Source: Octopus vulgaris
Taxonomy: Eukaryota
Direction of reading: 5' to 3'
Length of the DNA stretch: 64,000 bases
NCBI GenBank assembly: GCA_951406725.2
Contig: OX597834.1
Location: 13,454,001-13,518,000 of the forward strand
Shown piece after piece: positions 1 to 12,980 of the stretch; the stretch's first letter is position 1, and every line of letters starts with the position of its first letter. Below the pieces are notes generated by a model, which was given only the letters and a program-made list of their open reading frames with translations, was not told where the DNA came from and searched no databases. A program made the translations under genes and the position numbers.

Positions 1-199
1 AGAAGATAAATCTGAAATGTAATATTATTTTATCTCCTTCGCTCCTCTGCCTGTCAAGAAATGTGGCATTAACTCTGCTTCTTCTAAATCTAAACCGAAA
101 TTAATCCCCGCACTCGTTAGTAACTTACTCACTTCCTACTTCTTCATCTGAAGGATAATTCTGCCGCAGAGATCTCCGTGTCCTTAAAAGGAGAATCAT

Positions 200-900
200 C
201 ATGTAGTTGTCAAAGTTTTGCGTATAGCATTTTTTTTACAGGTGTACCACCCAAAACACGGAAACCTATTTTTGGTGCCACTTTTGTTGAAAACTATGTG
301 TAACCTATAAACCATCAGTTCTCGTCTTTCATATGGTAATTCACCATTGATTAAATCTGAATTGCTGTTTTACGATTTCCAATAATTTAATTCCCTTTGT
401 TCAGATCTCCTTTTGGGTGATTTCTGCACGAATATCCATCACATTAGAGAGATAACCCAAGATTTAAGATATCATTTTCCCTTGTGACAGAAAATTACGT
501 TCAGATTTGTTTAGCCTAAACAGTCAAGATTTGTACTACTATTGAAATAATTGTATATCTATATTATGTGCCTTTCTTCCTTTACTACACTAGGAGAGGC
601 TGCTGAAAATATCTTGGCTCTAAGGTAATCACGAAAGGCCTGGTTCGCGAAGATTAAAAGACCACTGCAATACTTGTGTGAATCTGTGAGGTGAATATCT
701 TGAATAAAATCACAATAAACTAATCCTTGTGAACTTTTCAGCACCCCGTATAAGTTATTGGCAAACTGCTTCTATTTCATAGTCTTGCATGAATAACTTG
801 GATCTGTGTTTGTTCTCAGTATCAACACGTAATAACTCTTTATTCTCTTGTACTGTCGTGTTCTTTTTGCAAACTGGTTGCAGTTCAGATTATTAGGATC
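200..900 (-). pseudogene. Highly decayed LINE (CR1-like) reverse transcriptase remnant
   Basis: Minus-strand translation gives degenerate RT blocks in the expected order: LQPVCKK (~V.PI.KK), DFIQDIH then LIFANQAF (~FLDFAKAFD), SG..GFRVLG (~SGVPQGSVLG). Many stops and frameshifts. Confidence 0.35.
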
Positions 901-1710
901 ATATATCTCTACCGTTAGATTCTGCTGATATTTGTGTATACTCTAGCTGTATGTTTAGCTATTGTTTACCACCTGGTTCTCACTATTTATACGCTTCTCT
1001 CTTTCTTATAGTTTTCATTGATGTGTATGTCTCTATTATCTTAGCTAATTTCCTTAGAAAAAGGCATAAAGTTTCACCATGTAATTCCTTCGCCGCTGAT
1101 GCTAATATTGTCAGGTTGAGTACACATTTCAAAATTTCGAATTAATTTCTCATGAGCATTTGACTCATATTTTATCGTTCAGATTAAATTCGTTTATAAA
1201 TTTTTACTTTATTTGTGATAACAATATTGGGACAGTACAAAAAATTATCGTATGACTAATGGGACCCGTGGAAAGAATACAGACGACCTGTTTAAGTAAG
1301 AAAGGATGATTTCCATCTTTATAGCATTCATCGTTTAGTTTTCTTGAAATATTCTTGACGCTCGTCTACGTTCATTTCCTCACGTCTTCCTCGGTTTTGA
1401 CTTTTTCGTATTCTTATATTTTCTCGCTGTTCCTCTTTGATCCATACTCTATGTCTCTACATCCTCTCTCGGATAGCTTGCAGTCATGTTTCTTGCGAAT
1501 TCAGAGTTTAGTATAAGTTAACCCTCATAAACAACTATCAATTTTTTAGGCGAGTAGATGAGAAATAATCGCACATATGCGTATAGCGATGGTTGCTCGA
1601 AAAAACAATTATTTCAATACAAAAAAGATACTTTTCAATTTGAACACACCACAACCACAACGACTATCACCGTCGCTATGTGCCTCTCTCTCTCAATATA
1701 GAGGAGGCAG

Positions 1711-1752
<42 letters not shown>

Positions 1753-2795
1753 CTGTCTCTCCTGTCCATTTCTCTGTATCTACGTTTCCCTTCAGCTAAC
1801 ATTTTAACTCTGTAATACGTATTCATCCCCCACCCCACTGAAGTTGTTAACACTTCTCTCTTCCTCTTTTTTCGCCTTTACCTTCAGCTGACCACGTGGC
1901 CATTTAACCTAAGCGTATTAATATCAACCAAATTTCTCTACATCTTCCTCAGTTCTTTCTTCACTCTCATCCTCTCTCTCTCTCTCTCTTACTGATTGTT
2001 ACTCCGCCTCTCACTCACTCTACCTCCATCCCTCTAATCAGCTAATACATAAGCGAACGAACAAGAAGATTACTATATAGACAGAGACCTTCACTAGACA
2101 CGAACAAGCTTGTGTTTTTCTCAAGTAAATTTGAGTTCTAGATTTATGCGCCACCCAAACCTGCATAACAATATCATTCTCCTCAGCCTCCGCTATATGA
2201 TGGTCAACATAACGATACTCTTATCCTTCCTACTTGCACCATCAAAGTGGACCTCATTATCAGGATAATACACTTTAATAAACATATTGAAACTCATTGA
2301 TTTCTGTTTTCCCGTAGAAAATTGAAAGACCAACAATACCGACCGTAATATTAAAGACAAAAAATTATAAAAGTTACCTCCTGAATGCAGTTGATTAAAT
2401 TTAACCAAAGCATGAGAACATTTGCAAACAAATTTGGTAAGTCATCATGCATCTACTAAGTGAAATTAATGTCTTACAGAAAAAACACAACCGAATACAT
2501 TTGAAAAAGAAGATTAAAATGAACTTTGCGAAATATCTAATGCACGCAATACCGAAACTACTCAACAGACACTTCAACATTATATTCTTCAAGAGATATA
2601 TGGAAAAAAAATCTATAAAAATCAAAGAACTACTGGTATAAATTATAATGGTCCCCACAAAGAGTAAAAAGTTCAATGAATTTAGTCACATTTAACGGTA
2701 ACTTTTGCCTTATTTTATTTTCAACGATTTTTATGTGAAAACAAATTTCGCCCGAATTTCTTTAATCATTCCAAATTTTTGTCGTAGTATCCAAG

Positions 2796-2865
<70 letters not shown>

Positions 2866-3545
2866 CATATGTGTGAGTGTGTATGTATATAAATATTTTT
2901 ATGCGTGTGTGTATGTTTTTCTCAATATGTCTACCGCAGCGCACGATTCAAAGTAGAGAATGATTGCGATTTGTTGAGAAGTAATAGGATCTGATTGGAA
3001 ATAAAGTAAAATAAGGAGAAACTAAAATCGATCAGACTTAAATTAAAATAATTTTCTGTTTTCTTTTTATTTAAGTGGTTTTCAAAACTCTTCAAAGGAA
3101 GTTTGTGTCATTTTATTCTTTACATAATTATTTCAGTTACTTAATTTTATGGAGTAGACAAATGTTCATGCAGAATTTAAGAAATAATTGCAGTCGCGAT
3201 AAAAGATTTCAAGAGCAATTCCTATAACTTGATGATATGCCTGTACATACGAGTTTGAAAGATATAATTTTCTTAAGTAGTTTCTGGTTTTTGGGTGTAT
3301 TTTTTATCGCATTTTATTAAAACTCCGAAAATGTATTGAAAATGGCGTCAAATTATACTGCAGATACCATAAATTCTGTCACTTTCCGGAAAGATTTATT
3401 TCATTATATTTATTCTTGTTTTTATTTCTCCGGTTTGAGCGAGTGCAGTATTTGATTCACATTCACGCAAAAGCATTGATTTGAAATTTTGACATAATGC
3501 TAGCAAATACGGTCTAGGGGAAAGTCGATCGTATCGAACCCAGTA

Positions 3546-3946
3546 CTTGTGGAGACATTCACCCTGGGCGGGTTGAGTCGGCTTCTTCTACCACCCTCGA
3601 GGCATTCGCCACAGAGAATTCATGGAAGAAGTTTCGTGGGAATATGTGGATTTCACAAGCGGTTCCCAACAATCCCGCATGTAGAGACATCCAGTTTGCC
3701 GCAGATTGTCCGCAGACGCAGAGAAAGAACGACCGAGGAGCCGCCGGTTGCCGAAACAGACACTCCGAGGATTTTCACCAGAGCCCCGTCTGCCGGGTTG
3801 TGGCCCTAATACCACTTGGTGTCAGACCAATCCACCTTGGGTGGCCCTACCAGGAACCGAAGTTCCCGACGGCATAGCTCTGACACTACCCGTTGCCAGC
3901 GTCCCCACCACGATGAGGAAGGGATGGACTTTGGGGACGCAAAGTA
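3546..3946 (-). mobile_element. Non-autonomous bipartite RTE-derived retroelement (RTE 5'UTR plus RTE-type 3' end), 401 bp
   Basis: GC-rich island in AT-rich DNA; 6-bp TSD ccagta at 3540-3545 and 3947-3952. Minus strand has catcgtggtgggg...agagctatgccgtcggg...cctggtagggccacccaagg, typical of RTE-clade (Rex3/BovB-like) 5'UTRs, and ends in ...tctccacaagta (CAAGTA-type RTE tail). No RT ORF. Confidence 0.75.
3784..3940 (-). ncRNA. Candidate HDV-like self-cleaving ribozyme at the 5' end of the RTE-derived element
   Basis: Minus strand: P1 GCGUCCCC/GGGGACGC (8 bp); L3 UCAUCGU; P3 UCC/GGU (one mismatch); P1.1 CA/UG; P4 helices CGGGU/ACCCG and GUGUCAGA/UCUGACAC; J4/2 GCAGAC; short P2 CCCU/GGGG. Manual fold only. 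Confidence 0.5.
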
Positions 3947-4149
3947 CCAGTATGCAACTGGTACCTATTGTATCGAGTCTGAATGAACGAAAATCAATAG
4001 CGACTTCAGCAACCGGTGAACTCAAAATGTAAATTTTGTTAGCTCGCTGCCTTATATTCAAGGAAATATATTGTTCCATCAAAACACTGCGTAGAACGTT
4101 TTAAATTCAGTTAATGAATGAAAATATAGTATATAGAACACCGGTGACT

Positions 4150-5180
4150 TCTTTTTTTCACAGAAACACCACGAAAAGTATGTTTGGGCCAGAAATATTT
4201 CGATTTGCCAAAAGCATTGGTAAAAATTATAGCGATGCTAAAATTCTTACCCTGGTTCGAGTCTAGACTAAAACTTGTAACAGAGAGGAATCTATCATTG
4301 TGCTTGGAACATAATATATAGGTTACGAAACAATTCTACGCCTGTAAGATTCCAAATAACCACTGCATACGTCTTAATTCATTGCTTAATTTATTCTAGT
4401 AAGTGAAACTGGATGATTTCATCGAATTAAAATATTTTGGATGTCTTAAATTGTTGTCTCTTATCAAACGTCACTTAAAATGCCAACTGAGATTTAAGTT
4501 GAATATCATTTATTAATAGCCCAAAAGATAATAAACATTAAAATAATCGATCGACATAACACAACATAGCCTACTACATCAGAAATGGAATATTGAAAAG
4601 CATTAAGTAATCAATTAGAAAAAAAATAGGCGAATACAGTGCAATAAATAATCCATTCCATTCACACAACTTGGAAACGAATCTAATAACGGTTGGAACA
4701 CACGAAATTACTCCGCCCATCTTTGGATGTTAATATGCGTAGTAGCTATGTTAGATAATCAATAGCCTTGAAACGTATGCAAGGATATTGGAACATCATC
4801 TTGCCTCAGTTCCTTAAACTAAAGTTGTAATAATAAAGCAAATAGTCTTCCAGAAATATTTTTTATGAATGGCTTATATTCCTAAACCGGTAGTGGAGCT
4901 TTGCGTGGCCTCAGCCTCCAGGTGTATTAAAACATACTGGACACTAAAATCAAAGCCGAAATACATTCCAAATTTCAACAGACCCAACAGTGATGTTTGC
5001 GCATCTTTGTATGGTAATTTATGCAAATATTTTTTATCTCCGTTTTCAATACCACCAATATATTTTTCATGAAGTAGTTGAACACAAAAACATTTCCGAC
5101 ATTCGAAGTTCTAATAACAGTGTTGTCTCAGAATGTAATTTGCAGACTTTCTTCTGTTTAAATTTATGTATGCACAGAAT
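4150..5180 (+). pseudogene. Decayed CR1-like LINE RT remnant
   Basis: YFDLPKALVKI (~YLDFAKAFDKV) near 4195; AYIPKPVVELCVASAS (~YKSLVRPILEYC..AWSP) at 4869; LYGNLCKYF (~RGDLI..YK) near 5005; correct order, interrupted by stops. Confidence 0.4.
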
Positions 5181-5321
5181 AGGACGACTTTGGTCCTCCT
5201 TTTGTATTTTTCCTATTGCAGGCAAAACACATCACTTTTTCTATCCGAAATCTTATTGTGGTTAAACTATATATGCACAAAATTCGCTATATTCATAAAT
5301 TTACTATATTTTATATGCAAT

Positions 5322-5484
5322 GGCGCAGGAGTGGCTGTGTGGTAAGTAGCTTGCTAACCAACCACATGGTTCCGGGTTCAGTCCCACTGCGTGGCACCTT
5401 GGGCAAGTGACTTCTGCTATGGCCCCGAGCCGACCAATGCCTTGTGAGTGGATTTGGTAGACGGAAACTGAAAGAAGCTTGTCG

Positions 5485-5515
<31 letters not shown>

Positions 5516-5749
5516 GTTTGTGTGTGTGTTGTGTGTCTGTGTTTGTCCCCCTAGCATTGCTTGACAACCGATGCTGGTATGTTTACGTCCCCGTCACTTA
5601 GCGGTTCGGCAAAAGAGACCGATAGAATAAGTACTGGGCTTACAAAGAATAAGTCCCTGGGTCGATTTGTTCGACTAAAGGCGGTGCTCCAGCATGGCCG
5701 CAGTCAAATGACTGAAACAAGTAAAAGAGATAAAATAGTAAAGAGTAAA
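5322..5749 (+). mobile_element. tRNA-derived SINE family A, full length
   Basis: Head ggcgcaggagtggctgtgtggtaag (A box) ... gggttcagtccc (B box); internal (TA)n/(TG)n; 3' hairpin cagtcaaatgactg; GTAAAAGA-like tail; over 12 copies in the window. Confidence 0.92.
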
Positions 5750-6947
5750 AATGGAATGGGAATAATGAAGTATTTGTACACTTTATTCTATTTTCTCCAA
5801 AGTTAGACCAGGAATTAAAATGGAGGACAATTACAATCTTTTGTTGACAACTCAAGATAATGTGTGTACAAAGATCCTGACGTGAGTGGGTGGTATAAAC
5901 GAAGAGAATACCTTGATTCACTTCGGAAATATTTGAAACTCTTGTCTGTTCAGCTGAAGTGTCAACTTCCATTAATTCTGCAGGCCGATGTAAGCGAACT
6001 TGCTACTGTTTTGTTTCTGTGCGGGTTGACAGCGTTTCAGAGAGTGAACTATGGAGTATTTATCTCGTAGAAGTCCTGAATAGGTATAAAAATACTATTC
6101 AACCATAAATTCCGGAATTACATACCTTGTTAGAAGTCTAGCGGTGGTCTCTATTCCATTCTTGACATTCCTACAAAATAGAACCTATTTTAATAATTTT
6201 GTTATGACATTACATATTATGGTATGAATAACGAGGCAAAAATGGAAATGCGTCTATATATTTACAAATTGGACTGTCAGTGAAATATTTTATTTTTCTC
6301 GTTTCATATAAACTTTTGAAAAATACAGGATAAACATGCGAAATGGATATTAATCTAATTTCTAGTAGATTGCGAATGACGTATCTGAGTTATCTAGAAA
6401 ACCTGAATGCATGCAATAGATAGAAGAGAAAATATTCCGTGATTAAATTACCGAAGATGAAAGTAACATGGAGTCGAATGTTGCATAGTGTTTTGGAATA
6501 TGTTGGAAATAAATCAGTTTTAAAAAATATGTGAAGTTTTATATCGTGAATTATTAGAACTAAAATTGACTTTAAATAAGACAATTTTTAAGTAACCGTT
6601 ATACAGTGATACTATAGTCGTTCGAAACTTGTACAGGAATATTTCTATCGTTCACAAAACATGATAAATATATTACAAAATGTTGCCGTATAACAAATTC
6701 AAATAAATATAATTAATATTTACTACGTTTTTCTAAAGTTCGCAATAAGAAATGTAATTTAGTAAGGAGTCGTATATCCTGGTTTTATGATGGAATTTCT
6801 TTCAACAATCAGTTATGATAGATTCTTCCGGATTGTTCCGTTTCTCTGTGAAATACAGTGGACCAGTAAGACAGATTCTAATAATAAAATTCTGTTTGCA
6901 CAGAGTAGGACGACTTTAGGCCTCCTTTTGTATTTATCCTAGTGTAG

Positions 6948-7332
6948 GTGGAGGCGCAATGCCCCAGTGGTTAGGGCAGCGGGTCGTGGTCATAGGATCG
7001 CGGTTTCGATTCCCAGACCGGGCGTTGTGAGTGTTTATTGAGTGAATACACCTAAAGCTCCACGAGGCTCCGGCAGGGATGGTGGTGATCCCTGCTGTAC
7101 TCTTTCACCACAACTTTCTCTCACTCTTACTTCCTGTTTCTGTTGTACCTATATTTCAAAGGGCCGGCCTTGTCACTCTCTGTGTCACGCTGAATATCCC
7201 CGAGAACTACATGAAGGGTACACGTGTCTGTGGAGTGCTCAGCTACTTACACGTTAATTTCACGAGCAGGCTGTTCCGTTGATCGGATCAACCGGAACCC
7301 TCATCGTCGTAACCGACGGAGTGCTTCCATCC
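6948..7332 (+). mobile_element. tRNA-derived SINE family B, full length
   Basis: Head gtggaggcgcaatgccccagtggttagggcag...ggtttcgattccc; 3' hairpins; TSD atcctagtgtag (6936-6947) / atcctattgtag (7333-7344); near-identical to 8474-8862 and 48805-49191. Confidence 0.92.
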
Positions 7333-7919
7333 ATCCTATTGTAGGTAAAATACATGCCTGTTACTATCCGAAATCTTATTGTGGTTAAACTATCTATGCA
7401 CAAAATTCGCTATATTCATAAATTTACTATATTTTATATGCAATGGAATGGGATTGATGAAGTATTTGTACATTTTAGCCTATTGCTCTAAACCTATGCC
7501 AGAACCCTAACACTATGCCAGAAAGATTTCTACGGCAATCAGGCTGCATGTATTGCAGTATACAGAGGTAACCATGGCTGCTAAAGCCAATCCGTTAAGG
7601 CAGATGGTTTTGATATAAAACCACTAAATGGAACCTTTCTGCTGACGAAAGCTAATTCAGTCCTCGCTGCTCAACGCACAACATATGTATACTCTGAGGA
7701 GTGAAACACCTATAATAGAAACATCATTGGATACAATACAGATGAGTTTCCAGCTTTGAGATGGCTTTTAAGTAGTTTGTTATAGTGTCTGCGTTTACAA
7801 AGAATCTCAGGTATTTATTTCGACTTGAAATAATTACAGAACATTTTTATGTTATTGGTGTGACCTGAAATAAAATATAGAATTATTAACTTACTCTAAA
7901 CCAAGTTGTAAATTATGAT

Positions 7920-8245
7920 TTTAAATACAATATCAAAATTATGCACATTATTTTTAACTGCGTCTTCCTTGGCATTTGACATTAAATACAAAGGAACAAT
8001 TATGTACTTCCTATGAAGTGCTATTTCATATTTCTTTCGAATTTCAATATAAAATAACAATTATGCGCTTCCTCTAAAACAATATCCTCCTTGTGTTTTC
8101 ATATTTAATACAAAACATCAGTCACGTGCTTCCTGTGTAATTCAGTCTTTTTTCTATGTCTTTTGATTCTTAGTGAAGAGCGACAACTACACACTTCGCT
8201 TAACATTGTATATCCGTCGTGTTTTCAATATAACAAAATAAAATG
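7920..8245. repeat. Degenerate ~61-bp minisatellite, about 5 units
   Basis: Motif aatacaaa..(a)acaattatg(t/c)(a/g)cttcct recurs at about 7923, 7984, 8046, 8107 and 8172. Confidence 0.55.
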
Positions 8246-8473
8246 AAGACCGCGTTAAAAATATTTATTGCGGCTCATACTTAATGTGTTTATGTTCCAT
8301 TACGTGATACTTGTCGTCTAATACGATGCAAGTATACATTGGATTATATAATTGCCTTCTGCATACTGAATGAAAAGAAGGAAAAGATATTTGTTACGGT
8401 AAGAAAACTGCGAATTCAGGAATTGTTGGATGAGGTTTAAGGATTAATAGAAATAGGAATAGAAAATATAGAT

Positions 8474-8862
8474 GGAATGGAAGCACTCCGTCGGTTACGA
8501 CGACGAGGGTTCCGGTTGATCCGAATCAACGGAACAGCCTGCTCGTGAAATTAACGTGTAAATGGATGAGCACTCCACAGACACGTGTACCCTTAACGAA
8601 GTTCTCGGGGATATTGAGCGTGACACAGAGAGTGACAAGGCCGGCCATTTGAAATACAGGTACAACAGAAACAGGAAGTAAGGGTGAGAGAAAGTTGTGG
8701 TGAAAGAGTACAGCAGGGATCACCGCCATCCCCTGCCGGAGCCTCGTGGAGCTTTTAGGTGTTTTCGCTCAATAAACACTCACAACGCCCGGTCTGGGAA
8801 TCGAAACCGCGATCGTATGACCGTGAGTCCGCTGCCCTAACCACTGGGCCATTGCGCCTACG
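8474..8862 (-). mobile_element. SINE family B, full length
   Basis: Reverse complement of 6948-7332; 13-bp TSD agaaaatatagat at 8461-8473 and 8863-8875. Confidence 0.92.
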
Positions 8863-9620
8863 AGAAAATATAGATATGGCATCAGAAAAAATATTTTCTA
8901 GAATGCAGAAAATATTTAGGAACAATTATTGATATCGAGAGAAGAAACATATTTCAGCATAGATATGATTGTTTCACAGTACACACGAGGTTAAAGAAAG
9001 AAGGGGAAAATTGATTATATATTAATTTAAATATTAATTTTAACCAAGTAAAAACAGGAAAAAAATATGTTGAGTGTCATATAGAATTATAATGTTACTT
9101 ACACATAGAAACCTGAAATATGTTTCTGGAAACTGTTTATCAACAATCAGATTTGGAATCCGTTTTATTCTCGAAATATAAATATCAGCCCCAGAACACT
9201 GACTGCTAATTACCAATCTGTGAGAATCTGTTTAACATTCCGTTGCTCAAAACAGAAGCCACAAAAAAGCTGAAAATTAGATACGTCTTGTCAAACTGAG
9301 GAAATAGAATTATTTATTGATGGGAGGAGATGATGGATGCAAAAGCAAAGAAAGATTGTGCTATACACATACATACACACACACACAAATACACTCACTC
9401 ACACACACACAAACACACATTCAAACATACAAACACACACACGCACACACATATATATGTGCATATTTACGTATATACGCAAAAACGTATTAGTGTGTAT
9501 GCATGTGCGTGTGAAAATTGTTCGCGTGTGTATAAGTGTGTATATATTTGTGCGCGCACACACATATTTGTATGGAGGTATGGAAATGAATAAACTTAAA
9601 TAATATAAGCACACACATGC

Positions 9621-9681
<61 letters not shown>

Positions 9682-10201
9682 TGTGGGGGTGAGTACGCGC
9701 ACGCGTAGTGTATATATGTAAAAAATACATATACATGTTCATGTGTATATTTATATGCAGATACACCCACACAGGTGTGTATGTGCATTTTCACAAATAA
9801 ATACAATTATAATTAAGCATCAGTATCTCAAACAATATCGTTGTGGAAAAGAATATCAGTGTATACGCATGCGCATTCATGTATATAAGAGATAGCGAAT
9901 GAGGATATGGAAGATAAGATAAATACACATTTTAACAAAGCAAGATTGCAGTGAAACGCATAAAATACACTGCAAAATATGGAGTGGATTCGGATTACGA
10001 GAAAGAAAGAATGTCACGTGAAGTTTTCAAGCGAAATGTCTGAAAAAAATAAATTGTGAGGATGAGATTCAATATGGAATTACAAGTAACGTCTGAAAGC
10101 TATTTACAATAAGACCGAAAAAAAAGGAAATACATGAATATCCAGTGAAACAAACCTGTTGCTATAAATTACAATTTATACACAGAACACACAAACACAC
10201 A

Positions 10202-10500
<299 letters not shown>

Positions 10501-10838
10501 TTGTGTACCATAGTTACAATTGATTTAATGTTGAAAATATCTGAGCTGTTCTACAAAGTAAGGACTTGTAAAAAATGATGTTCGTCTCCATTTTCCACAT
10601 TAATGGAAAACCTCTATAAATGGCTGATGATTGCTCAACATTTTAAAAGTGTTTTAATACCTACAATGTTTAATAAAATGGTGTAGCGCGAAACGATCGC
10701 AACAAATTACCGAAGTTATTCTTGTTGCTTATTTTGTTTATAATCACTCCATGGATTTATATGGATAAAACCATACAAAATTCTGGTGCATCTAGCTTAA
10801 GTACCATATTCATTTGTATCTAAATGTTGCTGAACTTA

Positions 10839-10926
<88 letters not shown>

Positions 10927-10930
10927 TACA

Positions 10931-11207
10931 TAGGTAGTCTGATCAGTAAGACTAAGTTCCCTTGCCATAGTAACGAAGCAAAATCACACAAAATAAAGCC
11001 CTTTAGCAAGGGACTGACCTTGAACCGTGCTCTGCATTCATGCTAAGTTTTAACGTTCTAGCTCATTTCCTGTGTTTACAGTAGTGCATGGAAGGAAGGT
11101 GTGTAGCGCGCACACCAATGTTAATGCTTTCCAAGCGGCTTTAATCTGCGTGGTTTAGCTTCCCTACCATGGCAACCGTCCGGATACTTACTTATCCGAC
11201 CTCGTTA
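10931..11207. mobile_element. Tc1/mariner-type MITE with imperfect terminal inverted repeats
   Basis: Left gtctgatcagtaag...ttgccatagtaacgaagc is inverse to right gcttccctaccatggcaaccgtccggatacttacttatccgacctcgtta; TA context on both sides. Confidence 0.65.
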
Positions 11208-11297
<90 letters not shown>

Positions 11298-11619
11298 AAT
11301 ATACATACATACATGTGTGTGTATACTCTTGTATGTGCGGTTCGAAGGTTTTCTTCATATAATTGTATATTTATCAATTCTATTCTGTTTCCAATTATTC
11401 TTTCTTTTCCTTTTCTGAACATAACAAATATTTATTGACAGATTTCTCTAAGGTGATTTCATTTCACACGAACGACCTATTGGTGAACAACTGACTATGA
11501 ACCTGTATCTCTATAGGAAAGACCTTAGTTTATGTATGAATTCATCCATTCAAAAATTGCAAAATATCTGTTTAAGTAAGTTCTCACATCACTAAAATTA
11601 TTTTCATGGTCGCTAATTG

Positions 11620-11663
<44 letters not shown>

Positions 11664-11670
11664 GTATACA

Positions 11671-11830
11671 TACGCTGTCTGATCAATAAATATATGAACT
11701 CTTGCCATAGTAACGAAGCTAAAGCACTCAGTAAAGTTCGTTGGTTCAAATATAATTGAACCAGTGTAGAGATGCATAGACTTCGGTCTACCACATTGAG
11801 AACAACAGATGGCGTTCTCTGTAATATTTC
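11671..11830 (+). mobile_element. Left end of a second related mariner-type MITE
   Basis: tacgctgtctgatcaataaat...ttgccatagtaacgaagctaaagcac matches the 10931 element terminus. Confidence 0.55.
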
Positions 11831-12308
11831 AGAAAGTACACATCCGTAATAACCCTACGGTATTGTATTGGATAAGTATCATCTAGCAATATTTACGATA
11901 ACGTATGTAATGCTTTCTTTGTAGACATGTCAGTAATTTTTTTGTATTACTTTTTGGCTTTTTTTTTTCCCACTCTTTCACCTATTGACTTCGAAGCCCT
12001 ATGATAGAAGATGGTGTGATTTTAATAACGTAGGTCTCCAGGCTTCTTCTCTAGGCAAGGTATTCTTTCCTATTCCTTCTTCCTTATGTTTATTTTTAGA
12101 CGCTTTTCTATTCACTCTGATACGTTTTGCTTTGCTACTGATTTCACCTTCTTTGCAACAACAGTTGTTGCACTTCAATCATACTGTTCAACCTGGGTAT
12201 TATGCATAAGCTCATATGAAAATATTTTGCTTTCTTTCATTACAGAATGTAGCTTCTTAAGTCCTTCATGGCTTTCAACGATATTTAGCATCAAATCGTT
12301 AGATGTTT

Positions 12309-12468
12309 CAGGAGTAGCCGTGTGGTAAGTAGCTTGCTAACCAACCACATGGTTCAGGGTTCAGTGCCACTGCGTGGCATCTTGGGCAAGTGTCTTCTGC
12401 TTAGCCCCGGGCCGACCAAAGCCTTGCGAGTGGATTTGGTAGACGGAAACTGAAAGAAGCCTGTCGTA

Positions 12469-12525
<57 letters not shown>

Positions 12526-12941
12526 TTCTCTCTTTCTCTTTTACTTGTTTCAGTCATTTGACTGCGGCCATGCTGGAGCACCGCCTTTAATCGAGCAACT
12601 CGACCCCGGGACTTATTCTTTGTAAGCCCAGTACTTATTCTATCGGTCTCTTTTTTGCCGAACCGCTAAGTGACGGGGACGTAAACACACCAGCATCGGT
12701 TGTCAAGCGATGCTAGGGGGGACAAACAGAGACACACAAACACACACACACACATATATATATATGTATACATATATACGACAGGCTTCTTTCAGTTTCC
12801 GTCTACCAAATCCACTCACAAGGCATTGGTCGGCCCGGGGCTATAGCAGAAGACACTTGCCCAAGATGCCACGCAGTGGGACTGAACCTGGAACCATGTG
12901 GTTGGTTAGCAAGCTACTTACCACACAGCCACTCCTGCGCC

Positions 12942-12980
<39 letters not shown>

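Larger units (their letters stand above)
3515..4060 (-). mobile_element. Degenerate SINE family C copy, split by a younger insertion at 3546-3946
   Basis: Flanks aaagtcgatcgtatcgaacccagta and ccagtatgcaactggtacctattgtatcga...gaactcaaaatgtaa join to match the family C copy at ~15935-16035. Confidence 0.6.

Noticed and set aside
5322-5400. tRNA-like heads of SINE families A, B and C as tRNA genes
   Set aside because: They run directly into SINE bodies, lack a complete cloverleaf acceptor stem and recur with SINE tails.
7520-7780. TYNRNIIGYNTDE, faintly like the piggyBac YN..MGGVD motif
   Set aside because: One weak motif with no supporting blocks or TTAA-flanked ends.
7920-8245. Regularly spaced repeats as a CRISPR array
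   Set aside because: The units are highly degenerate with no identical repeats or unique spacers, the context is eukaryotic, and there are no cas genes.
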